In this document: positions 26,798 through 40,189 of the stretch, piece after piece
Layout: each line of letters starts with the position of its first letter
How positions within the stretch are numbered: the first letter of the stretch is position 1
NCBI GenBank assembly: GCA_951406725.2
Contig: OX597823.1
Span: 13,206,001 to 13,270,000 of the forward strand
Direction: 5' to 3'
DNA: 64,000 nt
Source: Octopus vulgaris
Taxonomy: Eukaryota
Made by a program: the position numbers and the translations under genes
Notes under the pieces: generated by a model
Told to the model about the DNA's origin: nothing
What the model saw: only the letters and a program-made list of their open reading frames with translations
The model's database searches: none

Positions 26798-27109
26798 GAT
26801 TTCTCTTTCTCTTTTTAATGTAGAGTAAGTTTCGACCGATCACTGACTTGGTTGCAATGTTGTGAAGGAAAGTATCATGATTTAACTGTCATCATTTGAA
26901 TCTTAAGAAGGTCTCGCAGATTTTTATAGTCCTAGATATCGTGACCCTTTGCAACTTATAAATTAAGGTTTTGCATTCTCTCCCCATGATTCAGACGTAC
27001 AAGACTCCAGATGGGTTGGTATGTATCCTATTTCCCGAACAATAATGGGTACGAGGCTGAAAGTGTATGCTGTGTACTGGATTTTCAAACTCCTTATCAA
27101 TTTTCCATG
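26798..27109 (-). mobile_element. Second RLE retrotransposon 3' end inside (CATA)n
   Basis: Manual translation HGKLIRSLKIQYTAYTFSLVPIIVREIGYIPTHL...ECKTLIYKLQRVTISRTIKICETFLRFK*. (TATG)n on both sides. Confidence 0.75.
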
Positions 27110-27195
27110 CATGTATGTATGTATGTATGTATGTATGTATGTATGTATGTATGTATGTATGTATGTATGTATGTATGTATGTATGTATGTATGTT

Positions 27196-27650
27196 TGTGC
27201 TATTTAAATCCGTCATCTGAGGAAATGTTGATTTTTAACAAACATACAAAGCTCCATCAGCGGAATGTCCATTTTAAACTTAAGAAAAGTATTGCATACT
27301 TTTGCTGTTCCACTTACAGATTATATTCGTAATGTGCAAGTTAGGTTGCTGCTTTCCTTTTCTGAAAATGCTAGATACTCCCCTAGGAATTTACTTAATA
27401 AACCAAGTGCACCAATTAATTATTGGTATGAATTTAAAATGATATTCTGCATATAGAAGCTGTTGATTTCTAAGCAGTTCTCGATAGTCATCCTGTTTCT
27501 CTTTGATTGTCAAAGCGAAAGACACATCACCAGAGTAACTGATCTCTCTCACGGTATATACTTTTTTAATCTTTCAACATTTTGGGGCAACTGTTAATTA
27601 ATACTGTAGATGTACCTGTCCGCTACCTTAGATCTGTTTCGCCATGCCCA
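27196..27650 (-). mobile_element. Third RLE retrotransposon 3' end with (CATA)n tail (upstream limit uncertain)
   Basis: Manual translation EISYSGDVSFALTIKEKQDDYRELLRNQQLLYAEYHFKFIPI/IGALG...SVSGTAKVCNTFLKFK. Confidence 0.75.
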
Positions 27651-30600
27651 ATCATTACATCATCGACAACAAATGAAATTTCTTCGACATCTACAATGGC
27701 TATGTCCACCTCACTATCCCAGCATGATATCGTATGATGACAGTTACCAACCAGTTGAGAGCATATTTCTGAAATTACATGTGTTATATTTCGACTACAA
27801 GACAAGCTTTAATCTCTTCAAATCTTTTGATTTACTTTTTGTGGTTTTTATTTATGCATAATACCTAGCTACTCGTATCCGTTGTAATCAAGTTCTAACA
27901 TTTCTTCTTCAGGTCAGCATATTCCATTAAACTAGATACACTTTTCCCATCTCATCACTAGAGTTTCACCATTTGATGTACGAAAACCATTCCAATATCA
28001 CAGCAACACACCGTAGCTGTTTTAACAGGAGTAAATTTATCCCTCTTTTGCACACTCTGCAAATATCCTTAAAATATCCATGTGGAATTCATGATTTAGA
28101 GGAAACACATTTCTTCCTTGTTTGTGGGAAGATAGCTTTTTAAATGTCAATGTGATGGCTAAGAGTGTGGTGACAAACAACTAAAAGGGGAATGAGTAGC
28201 TTTGTAGATTAGTTCTTTTATGGCCTCCCTTTCCTGTTCAACTTCAAGTTTTGTTTTCCAGAGTATCAGGCTAACACTGAGGAAGATACTGAGATATGTT
28301 AAACATTTTATGTGACACTACCATTCTAAAATGAGTGCCACTCCCTACTCTATGCATCGATTACTATTTTCTTACTTACAGTTCATCCTTACTATTCTCC
28401 AAATAATCAAATGACCTTTAGTCCTTTCGAGCTCTTCCTGCGACTAATTAATCCAAAGTTAATAATTTGTTCTGTATGAAATGACTAATATTTTGGGGAA
28501 GTATCTGTTATCAACTTCCGTACCAAACTGAGGCATGTAACTGGTTGAAAATTTCTTTTCTTTTACCTACATTGTATCTTTCATTATCAAAGTTGGAAGT
28601 TTCTGAACCATTCACTCTCATGCAGGTTCTTGTGTTACACATTTATTGAGATGATTTCTGGTTTAGCTGTGCAAGATTTTTAGACATTTATCCAAAAGCC
28701 TCGGTGTCCATCTTGTTCTAAAGCTTTCAAGTATAATCCTATCTCTCAATACAATAGATACTTGGATATTTAGTTACAACCCTTTATGTTCACATTTCAA
28801 TTTTTCCAATGATGGCTTTTCTTTTAATACTTTTAAGTTTCAAAAAAGGGAAAACCAGTGAATTATTATTTCTTGTGCAACATCATCTAGCATAAGTGAA
28901 TGTGTGCTGGCATTTAACTATGTTAAAAATCACTAATATTTTTTTGTTCATTCCCCGGGAAATTTATGAATCTGTAGGTCTCATTGGAAAGTATACTGCT
29001 TTCTTTTGTCACACTCCTGTACATTTCCGAACGCGTATCTCGGCGGGGCCGATTTTCCATTCAACCTCCGAAGCTCCATAAAATAAACACAAGGAAATTA
29101 CGGGAGCCCATTTACTCGAGTATCTGTCTATAAAAAAACCGAGGCCCTTTGCCAAATGCTAGGAGTTCTATTATTGGTATTATTTCATCAGCTACGGATG
29201 AACGAAAAACGAAGTCAAGGAAGAGAATATTTGAACTAGAAACAGGAAAACTACGTAATTACATAACCAAACCCTTTAATGCATTACATCTGTCACTTTA
29301 CTGTTTCCGACTTCTCGACCATCTGAATAATCAATGAGTTGTTTTATTGGAGATCCATTTAGGGCGTTAAATGGTACTAAAACGAAGAGGAAAAAATATT
29401 AACTCTGCAATGTTTGAAGATCCATTTTCATCGTGGAAAATGTAAATCTAAAAAGTAAGATGTTTATGTTACTTTTTTTCAGAAATTAGTCATAGTGCTG
29501 AAAGGCAAAAGAAAACATAAGGTAGAAAAGCGAACTAGAAAAAATATATCTGAATATTTGCTTCCTGTTCGTGTTCGTATACATCTGTAATTTATTGCTT
29601 AATTTCGATTTTATGGGAATAAAATAGATTTCTTTGATTTGCACGTGAAACGTTTTTCAGTCTCTCTAAAAAATTGCCAATAAAATTCTTACAGTTTAAT
29701 ACTAATGGTGGATGCCACTGGCTGAGATAATGATTTTTAGAAAAATAAGCTCCAATTTTAGTGTAATGTCCAGATTTTCTTATTTTAGAATATCATATTA
29801 AGGTTTTACTTTAAACGCTATTTTGGTTTTAAAATATCGGGTAAGGCCCAAAACTGTCATAGTGTCGAACCTAGGAAATTTAAAACAAATACCTAAGGTA
29901 ACAAAATGAAATAAGTGAGATTATCTGGAAACGTGCAAGTGTTAGATGAATAACTAATTAATTTTATGAACTCACATACTGAAGAATGTCATCAATATTC
30001 GCATAAAGAAAATCAGGAAATATTTTAGTTCAGGATATAAATATCACTTCTTTTGAAGTTAAGTGAAGTGTAAATATTAGCTATAAACGAGTAATAAAAC
30101 TGGATCATTTGCATGTTTATAATTTAAGTTAAGGCTTTTTTAATGAGCGTATCGGCATTTAGACTGCTCCTACGTTTATAGACAAGCAAAAATGTTCATT
30201 TTATATACACTATAAAATGCCAAGTTATCAATTATGGTATTTTTTAATGTATGTTTGTCTACGTTTAATGTCCGGGAGACAACACTGCATCGAATCGAAT
30301 TTAATTCGTATTCTAGAAATAACCTGAGGTTATTTTATCGATGTCTAAGGGAGATGAAAAACTGTATGGAAATTAAATTCCTATATTAAATCATATTTTC
30401 TAGAATTATGCACATGGAACCATAATTATGTCCATATCTATGCTGTAAGACGATGAGATAGATCACCGAAAAAGTTTTATTAATAATTATAATAAGAGAT
30501 ACGCCGTGCGTAAACGTTGCAGGATGCTAATATTCACTTAAAATCTTGACAACGAACATAAATCCTATTAAAGCGATTTTTATTTCAATCAATTCCCTTC

Positions 30601-31096
30601 CTTTTTATTACACACTAAATACCCTTTATCCCAACTAATGCGGGCTTTCAAATGTCTCTACTCACTTAGTACATAGAATAAGCATTGAGGCGTTTGTAAT
30701 ATTGCTGAACAAGCAAGGAGCGGAGGGATGAGTCCACTGGGTACTAGACGACTATCTATAAGTGCTATCTACCTTTCTATCGGCGCGGCGTACGTTTTCA
30801 GTGTCAAGCAACTATATTTTCAATGGCTAAATCCACTTTACGTTTAGCAGTCAATAAAGTAGATAATATAATTATTAATGGATGTAACAGCAAACTGGCT
30901 AGCTAAGGATAGATTTGTTAGATTCTGTAGTCAATACTTCTCGCTAAAAAAAAGTTGCCATACTTAAGTTGTAATTTTTTTCGCATCGCATTAGGGTTGT
31001 AAAAACTAACGAGCTGCGACAATCAGTTGAGAACAGGATTAGCTTTACCTGTAATCCATTCCGTTTTCTCTACTTTCATATGTTATGACAATGCAT

Positions 31097-31482
31097 GGTG
31101 GAGGGGCAATGGCCCAGTGGTTAGGGCAGCGGACTCGCGGTCATAGGATCGCGGTTTCGATTCCCAGACCGGGCGTTGTGAGTGTTTATTGAGCGAAAAC
31201 ACCTAAAGCTCCACGAGGCTCCTGCAGGGGATGGCGGCGATCCCTGCTGTACTCTTTCACCACAACTTTCTCTCACTCTTACTTCCTGTTTCTGTTGTAC
31301 CTGTATTTCAAAGGGCCGGCCTTGTCACTCTCTGTGTCACGCTGAATATCCCCGAGAACTACGTTAAGGGTACACGTGTCTCTGGAGTGCTCAGCCACTT
31401 ACACGTTAATTTCACGAGCAGGCTGTTCCGTTGATCGGATCAACCGGAACCCTCGTCGTCGTAACCGACGGAGTGCTTCCGC
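31097..31482 (+). mobile_element. tRNA-derived SINE, group B (full length)
   Basis: A box TGGCCCAGTGG and B-box-like GGTTTCGATTCCC. 12-bp TSD ATGACAATGCAT at 31085-31096 and 31483-31494. Nearly identical to 56384-56773. Confidence 0.94.
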
Positions 31483-31533
31483 ATGACAATGCATCCTATT
31501 CCCATTATTATGGTAATGTAACTCATTCATATC

Positions 31534-32064
31534 AAAGTTCGTGCCGATTTATAGTAACTTACCTTTCGACTTATTTTAGAACATGGCTGAGTCCATAAAA
31601 TAAGATTTGATCACACCTCCATTTAGAGCACAGTTTTAGCTATCTTTTCGTGGAAGAAGGTTTCTATTCCTATAACCTGTGTTAATTCTGTAACCCTTTA
31701 AAATGGGAGATAAGAAAGTTCATTTTCGGCACTTGATGATTTGGGAACCAGACAAAAATTGCTGCAGCTCGGCTGGGGTGTGTTACCCCACCGTCCATAT
31801 TCACCAGATATTGCTCCTTCGGATTTCCACTTATTCAGATCTCCGTAAGAGTACGGCAAATGGTAAAAATTTCAATTCCTTGGATGACGTAAAAAGATTC
31901 CTTGATGAATTCTTTACTCTAAATTCTGGGAAAAAGATATTTTCAAGTTAAAGGAAAGATGGAGACGCATTGTGCAGCAAAACGGCTCATACTTGGTTGA
32001 TTAAAAATGTAATGGCAAGTATTTATTGAGCTTTTTCTTTCCTTTAAAAATCGGCACGAACTTT
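31534..32064 (+). mobile_element. Internally deleted mariner
   Basis: Inverted repeat AAAGTTCGTGCCGATTT / AAATCGGCACGAACTTT. N-terminal MGDKKVHFRHLM is fused to RQKLLQLGWGVLPHRPYSPDIAPSDFHLF...KLKERWRRIVQQNGSYL. Confidence 0.9.
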
Positions 32065-32712
32065 CCGAACTTTCCTTAGCAAAACCATTTTCTATCTCCC
32101 CATCTGCCCCCCTCTCTCTTTCTCTCAGGCAAATGGTAAGAGTACGGCAAATAAACAGCTTGAATTCTTCTGGAAATCCTCTTCATATTAATTAGTGATG
32201 ATGCACAACGTAACCGCCTTTCCGGGATTCTGAAATTTACCCTGAAATTCTGTTACTCGTTACGGTGATCATTTCTTGTTTTACTTTTAATATTTATTTC
32301 ATATAATATATGATCTGCAATGAAATGTGACAGATTCGTCGTCGCATTTGTGTGTGTGCGCGTGTGAGAGTGTAAGTACGTGTGTGTGTGTGTTTGTGTG
32401 TGTGCATGTAAGTGTACGTTTGTATACAGTATGTTTGCATGTGTGTGTACGTGTGCATGTCAGTAACAGCATGCATGTCGGCATGTGAGGATAATGGTTG
32501 TTGTATTTGTCTCCTCATACATAGATATTGCTATTCAATATACATATGTATATATTCGAAGACCACAAGCCCAGAACTGATCTTCCCTCTAGCATATATC
32601 CTATGCCGTCTTATTAGCGTACTGGTATGTCATGTGATCGTAAAGAAGACTGCGACAGTTATCATCCGGTATGAAAAGCATAAAGATCAGTATTGTATAC
32701 AAACACACACAT

Positions 32713-32795
<83 letters not shown>

Positions 32796-32804
32796 TGCAA
32801 ATGT

Positions 32805-33105
32805 GAAGGCGCATAGATCAATGGTTAGAGCGTCGAGCTTACGATCGTGAGGTTGTGAGTTCGAATCCCGAACCACCGGGATGCGTGTTGTGTTCTTGAG
32901 CAAGACACTTTATTTCACGTTGCTCCAGTCCACTCAGCTGTTTCTGCTGTTACCTTTCCCTTGGATAACATCAGTGGTGTGGAGAGGGGAGGCCGGTATT
33001 CACGGGCGACTGCTGGTCTTCCGTAAACAACCTTGCCCGGACTTGTGCGTGGAAGGGTAACATTCTAGGTGCAACTCACGGTCAGTCATGTCCGAAGGGG
33101 GTCTC
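32805..33105 (+). mobile_element. tRNA-derived SINE, group A
   Basis: Matches the 2999 and 36556 copies, with an internal deletion. Confidence 0.9.
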
Positions 33106-33113
33106 AATATATG

Positions 33114-33169
<56 letters not shown>

Positions 33170-33171
<2 letters not shown>

Positions 33172-33720
33172 GTAACAAAGAACGTGCAGGTGTCAATTCA
33201 TTACTGCATTGCAAAGAAACTGTTTTCGTCAGATTACTGCATAGACATCAAATACAAAGGACAAACTAACTCCTTTAACATATTCGTATCGTCAAAGGAG
33301 CTCAAATATTTACGTTGATTCTGCTGTTACGTTGATTTGGCAGAATTAGTTTAGAAAAATAGTCAATGTAGTGTCGAATCTATTAGAATTTAGAGGTTAA
33401 TAGAGCCTATAGAGTACGTAACTAGGTCACTACTCTCAATTATTCCACCACCACCACCACTACTATAACCTATACTAACTTTTAAAGACATAGTAGCAGA
33501 ATCAATGTAAATATTTGAGCTCCGTTGGTGATACGAATGTTAAAGCAGTTGGTTTGTTTTTTGTGATCGTAGTCTATGCAGTCATCTGACGAAAACGGTT
33601 TCCTTGCAATGATGTAATGTTTTCACTAATCGATTAATGGAGTCGCTTGAAACGGCCGTAATGAATTGACATCTGTACGTATTTGTTACTCGTTAATATT
33701 TTATCCACCTACTCTGGAAT
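33170..33720. mobile_element. Penelope-like inverted (foldback) terminus pair beside (TA)n
   Basis: Arm 33170-33325 is an imperfect reverse complement of arm 33495-33691. The right arm carries a hammerhead; the left arm has lost the GAAA half. Confidence 0.75.
33578..33668 (+). ncRNA. Type I hammerhead ribozyme, intact core
   Basis: cagTCAT - CTGACGA (33586-33592) - AAACGG...TCGCTT - GAAA (33649-33652) - CGGCCG - TA (33659-33660) - ATGAattg. Palindromic stem III; stem II has one mismatch. Confidence 0.72.
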
Positions 33721-33854
33721 CTGCATTTCGGAAATTTTATAGAAAGTATTTTTGTATTTTTATATAAAGTACATGTCTGAACAACCAAGAGCGGATCTTA
33801 ACTATATATGTGAGTGTGTGTATACACATTCATACATGTGTGTGTACGTGTGTG

Positions 33855-33895
<41 letters not shown>

Positions 33896-34122
33896 CTGTG
33901 TGTGTGTGTGTTATAGTATCCTGTTCTGTGATGGTTAAGTCATCAAATGTGTGCGTCATCTGGTGCGAGATAAATATTGTTTAATTAACACAGTAAATAT
34001 TTTTGTGAGCAGTTTTGATGCGATGAAATCGCTTCAGAGAACAGACGTGTTATAAAATCCTGAGTAGGTTATAGAAATATATACACTGTTTATTAAATGA
34101 CGTACATATATGCATACATACA

Positions 34123-34179
<57 letters not shown>

Positions 34180-34180
<1 letters not shown>

Positions 34181-34381
34181 ACCCTACAGTCTCTTATGTG
34201 GGGGTTTAATAAAGTATGTGATTGAGTATTATCTGGTAATTGATATTTGATATAGATGTATTTCTCCATTTTCTTATCTTGTAACAAAGAAGTGCAGGTG
34301 TCAATTCATTACTGCCGTTTCAAGCGTCTCATGAAAACATTACATCATTGCAAAGAAACTGTTTTCGTCAGATTACTGCAT
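34180..34381 (-). mobile_element. Third copy of the 33.5-kb Penelope-like terminus with hammerhead motif
   Basis: Minus strand reads GCAGTAAT-CTGACGA-AAACAG...ACGCTT-GAAA-CGGCAG-TA-ATGAATTGAC; the copy ends at (TA)n. Confidence 0.7.
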
Positions 34382-34553
34382 ATGTGGTAAATCTGTGGTA
34401 AATCATTTACCTTTGCCCATATAATACAGTAAATGAATTGATTGCATCGCAATCATTAACATTTGTGTATTAACGTTGTTGGGTACTTCACTAGCAGTAT
34501 ATTGGATATACGTTATCCCATAGAGGGTTGCATTTACAACCCCTATCTCAATT

Positions 34554-34605
<52 letters not shown>

Positions 34606-34615
34606 TATATGTATG

Positions 34616-34674
<59 letters not shown>

Positions 34675-34746
34675 CTATGTATGTATGTATATACATATAT
34701 ATATACATATATATAGATACATATATATACATATATATATATGTGT

Positions 34747-34796
<50 letters not shown>

Positions 34797-34798
34797 AT

Positions 34799-34921
34799 GA
34801 AGGCGCCTGGCTCAGTGGTTACAGCGTCGAGCATACGATCGTGAGGTTGTGAGCTCGAATTCCGGACCGGGCTGCGTGTGGTATTCTTGAGCAAGAAACT
34901 TTATTTCACGTTGCTTCAGTT
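34799..34921 (+). mobile_element. SINE group A, 5' part
   Basis: Head and central domain match the 36556 copy. Confidence 0.85.
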
Positions 34922-35051
34922 AACAAGCTTATTCTATTTACATCCGTCTTCATTGCTTAATCATGCTGCTTATGAGGTATATATACGATACATGTAATGT
35001 ATTTAATCGAGCGACTAAGGAATGAATTAGTAAATGTAATTATTGTACTAT

Positions 35052-35474
35052 GGCGCAGGAGTGGCTATAGGCGCAGGAGTGGCTGTGTGGTAAATAGCTT
35101 GTTTACCAACCACATGGTTCCAGGTTCAGTCCCACAGCGTGGCACCTTGGGTAAGTGTCTTCTACTATAGCCTCGGGCCGACCAAAGCCTTGTGAGTGGA
35201 TTTGGTAGACCGAAACTGAAAGAAGCCCGTCGTGTATATGTATATATATATGCGTGTGTGTGTTTGTGTGTATGTATGTTTGTCCCCCTAGCATTGTTTG
35301 ACAACCGATGCTGGTGTGTTTATGTCCCCGTTACTTAGCGGTTCGGCAAAAGAGACCGATAGAATAAGTGCTGAGCTTACAAAGGAATAGTCCCGGGGTG
35401 GAGTTGCTCGACTAAAGGCGGTGCTCCAACATGGCCGCAGTCAAATGACTGAAACAAGTAAAAGAGTAAAAGAG
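35052..35474 (+). mobile_element. tRNA-derived SINE, group C (full length, 5' tip duplicated)
   Basis: GGCGCAGGAGTGGCT occurs twice; B-box-like GGTTCAGTCCC; internal TG/TA repeat; tail (GTAAAAGA)n. Confidence 0.92.
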
Positions 35475-35791
35475 TATGGAACTTTTTATTCACCTAACTT
35501 ATCTGAAACGCATGACAGTTAACAGGAATAAAATGTCTAAGTTCTTCCATTACTTTTGTGTTTTTTCTATGAAACTCTGTAACAACATACCAACTGTACT
35601 TGCGGATTAAACTTCGGCTTAACAAATTGGACTAGTGTCGATTTGGTAAAGTACGGTTTATCTAGATCTCTACATCTATCGCAAATAAATCTCGTTCGTT
35701 TGAGTTACCTTCCTTCATAAGAGACATTATATAGTATTTCGCCCGGTTCCTTAATCCCTTTCCTATTACACACACACTCTCACACACACAC

Positions 35792-35847
<56 letters not shown>

Positions 35848-36441
35848 AAAGAACACACACATACATAGACATGCACACACATACCACACACACATAAATA
35901 TTCATATATGTAGTGTTTTAATTATTAACGTCTGTGTTATGAAATAGTGTAATTCACTCAGAATTTGCTATAGTATTAGTTTAGCTAAGTTCAATCGAGT
36001 TTGTTTTGGTTCTCTAAAGAATAGAATATAAAAGCTTTCACTTGTGTATTAATAACTATGGATAGTGGTGGGAATATCATCTGCATGAACGTCAAGTGCT
36101 AGGTTGTTATTTATCTAGATAATTTAGGAGTTAGTCATAGGTTTTCATTGAATATATTTACCGATTCTGTTTTGTACATAGCGTAAAAGTGTTTCTTTGT
36201 TATAGTTTAATTAATAACGTTAGGTTTAATCCTTCCTAGAATTAAGATTGAATGAATGTGGTAATATATATGGTATGTTTCTTCTTAAACAACACTTTTT
36301 GTAGTACTGTTGACACCACTGGATTGAAGGGTACTATTCAAGTGTCGAAACTACAATGATATCCGTGGGGTAGCTGATGACGGAGGTATGCTGGATTGTC
36401 TGTATGGTATGTACGGAACAGTTTTATAAGCCATCTATTTG

Positions 36442-36886
<445 letters not shown>

Positions 36887-36906
36887 TATATATATATATA
36901 TATATA

Positions 36907-37150
36907 CCGGAGTAAACACATAGATGTGAAACAAGCTGGAAAAAAAGAGTACTCAAATACCAGGGGTAGAGTAATATGCTTTATTTAAAAGCAGCAGAAA
37001 TTCAACAAAACCTGTTACTCTGAGTTTCACGTCCCCGTTCGTCGGGCAGTTTTGTTAAAATTCAACAATTTAACAAAACTGTCCGACGAACGGGAACGTG
37101 AAACTCAGAGTAACAGGTTTTGTTGAATTTCTGCTGCTTTTAAATAAAGT
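36907..37150. mobile_element. Young Penelope-like foldback: 81-bp inverted arms, each with a minimal hammerhead motif
   Basis: Arms 36979-37059 and 37069-37149 differ at 2 positions. Right arm reads CTGT-CCGACGA-ACG-GGAA-CGT-GAAA-CTCAGAG-TA-ACAG (37079-37116). (TA)n on both sides. Confidence 0.82.
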
Positions 37151-37252
37151 ATATATATATATATATATATATATATACGCATATATGTAGACAGAAAGAT
37201 AGATAAAGAGAAATGTATATGTAATGCAAATTAAAATAACACCAGTATAAAT

Positions 37253-37288
<36 letters not shown>

Positions 37289-37315
37289 ATCTGTATCAAT
37301 TGTATCAATAGGAAT

Positions 37316-37426
37316 ATTCTCCTGATGAGAAGAATGGAGCTGTTATATTATTTATATCCGTTAGTTTACGATACAGTATATAATATTGTATATTAGGTTC
37401 TAAAATTCGAAATTGCAATAGAGAAT
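37316..37426 (+). ncRNA. Type I hammerhead ribozyme, intact core, very long stem-loop II
   Basis: ATTCTC - CTGATGA (37322-37328) - GAA...74 nt...TTC - GAAA (37409-37412) - TTGCAA - TA - GAGAAT. Perfect 6-bp stem I and palindromic stem III. Confidence 0.78.
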
Positions 37427-38010
37427 TTATCCCCTATTTTAAAAATGTGGATTTTATATGTCATGTCGCTCGCAAGCAGTTTTATTGTGAGGAGATAAAA
37501 TATGAATGGTAATAGTGGCTTTATTGTGGTTTTTGACTGCTATGTTTAAACATGTAAGGGTTTTTGCAACTCTCTCCATTATAATTGATTTATTCCTAAT
37601 TATAAACATATCTATTGGGAACTAATTAGTTCTGCAAATCCTTATCGAAAAGGGGGAAATAAATGTGACTTGTGCGTAGAGGAACTTTACCAAATATTTG
37701 CATCAGAACATGCGTTAATTAATAGAAGACACCCAGAAGCCCTGAGATGTTTACACAAACACAGACTGACCTTTAAGAGAAATAGATAATTGTAGCCAGT
37801 AAACACCCACCAATAACAACGCTTAATATAACTTATAATGCTAAACATAGAAATATCTTATATAGCATCATTAATAGAAAAGCGAATATCCTATACACTG
37901 TGCAACACAAGCAAAGGAGCAACCCAATCAAAAGGTGAATATAAACAAACAAGAACCCTCCACATCAAACACTAAGAGTCAGACAGACAGATAGACGTGT
38001 AGAGGAGAAT

Positions 38011-38011
38011 A

Positions 38012-38087
<76 letters not shown>
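38011..38087. repeat. (GAAA)n microsatellite
   Basis: Read directly. Confidence 0.97.
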
Positions 38088-39619
38088 ATCGTTCCAGCTC
38101 TTGACTATTCTTATATTTTATCGAAACGGAGTGATGGGCGGCATTTTTGTCTTTTTGGAGTGATGAAGGATATCACTAGGATTGAGGAAATTAACACTTT
38201 GGGAGTCAAACTGAAAGCAGATTTTAAAAGCGCGTTTATGAATGATATAAACTCTAGGTATGAGTCGAAACCGGATTTTCGAAGTGCAGGGCTGGGTGAA
38301 AATGTTTATACACCATTGGCTCTAAATATATATTAGCTTAATGAATCTAATCCAGTGGGGGAAGAAAGATTTCAGCTGAAATGATGGAGATGTAAGTAAG
38401 TGCTTTCATTTTTGTAAGGAAGCCAATATAAGATATTGAACTGTCGCGAAGAATGTTACGCATTTGTTTTATTGACTGCATAAGAATACGTGGCAGAACG
38501 ACATTGATGTTATTGAACTCAGAATAAAAGGCATCATAATTCGATAATGCAGCAAGACCGATGATCTAACATCCAAAACGACCGACGAAAGTAAACATTA
38601 AAAAGCATTTACTTTCATTACCTTTAGCATCTTCTCACTCACTCCCCCACCACTGCGTGTGTGTGTATGTGTGTATGTATGTCTAGAAAATAATAGAGTT
38701 TTATTGAACAGCTTAAACAATGAAACACTAAAATTAAATATGAACCTACTGACTTCGGAATGCAGACAGAACAATACTAATTCAAATGAACGAAATAGCT
38801 GCAGGGGTGGAAACGATTTTCGTCTAATTATTGAATCAATTTGATCGGGTGAAGATATATTTCAGACAGGAGAATATTTATTTAAACATTATTTCTAAAC
38901 ACTGGTGTGATAATGAGGTGATTTAAAGTGCACTTAGATGATTTACTTTGAGATAGAAGCAGGCTCAATATATGAACTCATTGTAGTGCTCGGCAATAAA
39001 ATATTTAAAGTCAAAAGGATGATATGAGATATAAAAAAATATCATTGTTTTACGATTTAATAAATAGTGATTGTAAATTTTTTAAGCCCTTCCTTGTAAA
39101 AAAAAAAATTGAAGACTAGTGAAATTCAGTGTCATGCACTGAAAGCAGGGCAGCTCGTGAGACCGGCATCATTTCATGGGATATTCTCGCAGGAATATAT
39201 CCAAGCCGTGGAGACTAAAGAATCCTTGATCAGATTTATACTATTCTAACCATGTATATTAGGAGGAGTATATCTATACTTTATGGCGTCTAGTTATGAT
39301 TAGACTTCCAGAGGGTTTCGTCAGTTAAATGAGTATGTCTGATCTTTAATAACCGGAAATAAGACGCCAAAGGCTCATAACGCAATGGAACACGTTCGTA
39401 ATTCAACAAACCTGCTTTTTTCATTAAGAAAAATATATATTTCACCAAGATGCGATGGTTTTTCATTCAAAATTGATATATAGAATCGGTTGCACCACCA
39501 ATATTTGACTCTTAATGGCTGTATTAGTCCATGGAATAGAACTGTGTATTCTAAATTTATTGCAAACATCTATACATACCACGCAAAATTTAACCTTCTC
39601 ATTATACAGACACATTGAG

Positions 39620-40189
39620 GCGACGAGCTGGAAGGAGCGTTAGCACGCTTGGCCAAATGCTTAGCGGTATTTCGTCTGCCGCTACGTTCTGAGTTCAAAT
39701 TCCACCGAGGTCAACTTTGAATTTCATCCTTTCGGGGTCGATAAATTAAGTACCAGTTACGCACTGGGTCGATGTAATCGACATAATACCTATGTCTGTC
39801 CTTGTTTGTCCCCTCTATGTTTAGCCCCTTGTGGGTAATAAAGAAATAGGTATTTCGTCTGCCGCTACGTTCTGAGTTCAAATTCCACCGAGGTCAACTT
39901 TGAATTTTATCCCTCCGGAGTCGATTAAATAAGTACCACTTAAGCACTGGTGTCGATATAATCGACTTAATCCGTTTGTCTGTCCTTGTCTGTCATCTCT
40001 ATGTTTAGTCCCTTGTGGCTAGTAAAGAAATAGGTATTTCGTCGGTCTCTACTTTCTAAGTTCAAATTCCGCCGAGGTCGACTTTACTTTTCATCTTCTC
40101 GTGGTCGATAAATTAAGTACCAGTTGCGTCGATCTAATCCATTGTCCCCTTCCCCCAAAATTTCGGGCGTTGTGACTAGAGTAGAAAAG
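39620..40189 (+). mobile_element. SINE group D head-to-tail trimer
   Basis: Units restart at GGTATTTCGTC (39666, 39849, 40033). One imperfect 19-bp TSD ATTATACAGAYAYATTGAG at 39601-39619 and 40190-40208. Confidence 0.9.

Noticed and set aside
27650-28900. Possible 5' extension of the third CATA-type retroelement with a zinc-finger-like trace
   Set aside because: Too degraded to translate convincingly.
36301-36395. CTGTTGACAC...GTGTCGAAA and a nearby CTGATGA
   Set aside because: They could not be assembled into a consistent three-stem hammerhead; at most a decayed relic.
39620-40189. CRISPR-like or satellite array
   Set aside because: The units are SINE bodies without unique spacers, and the context is eukaryotic.
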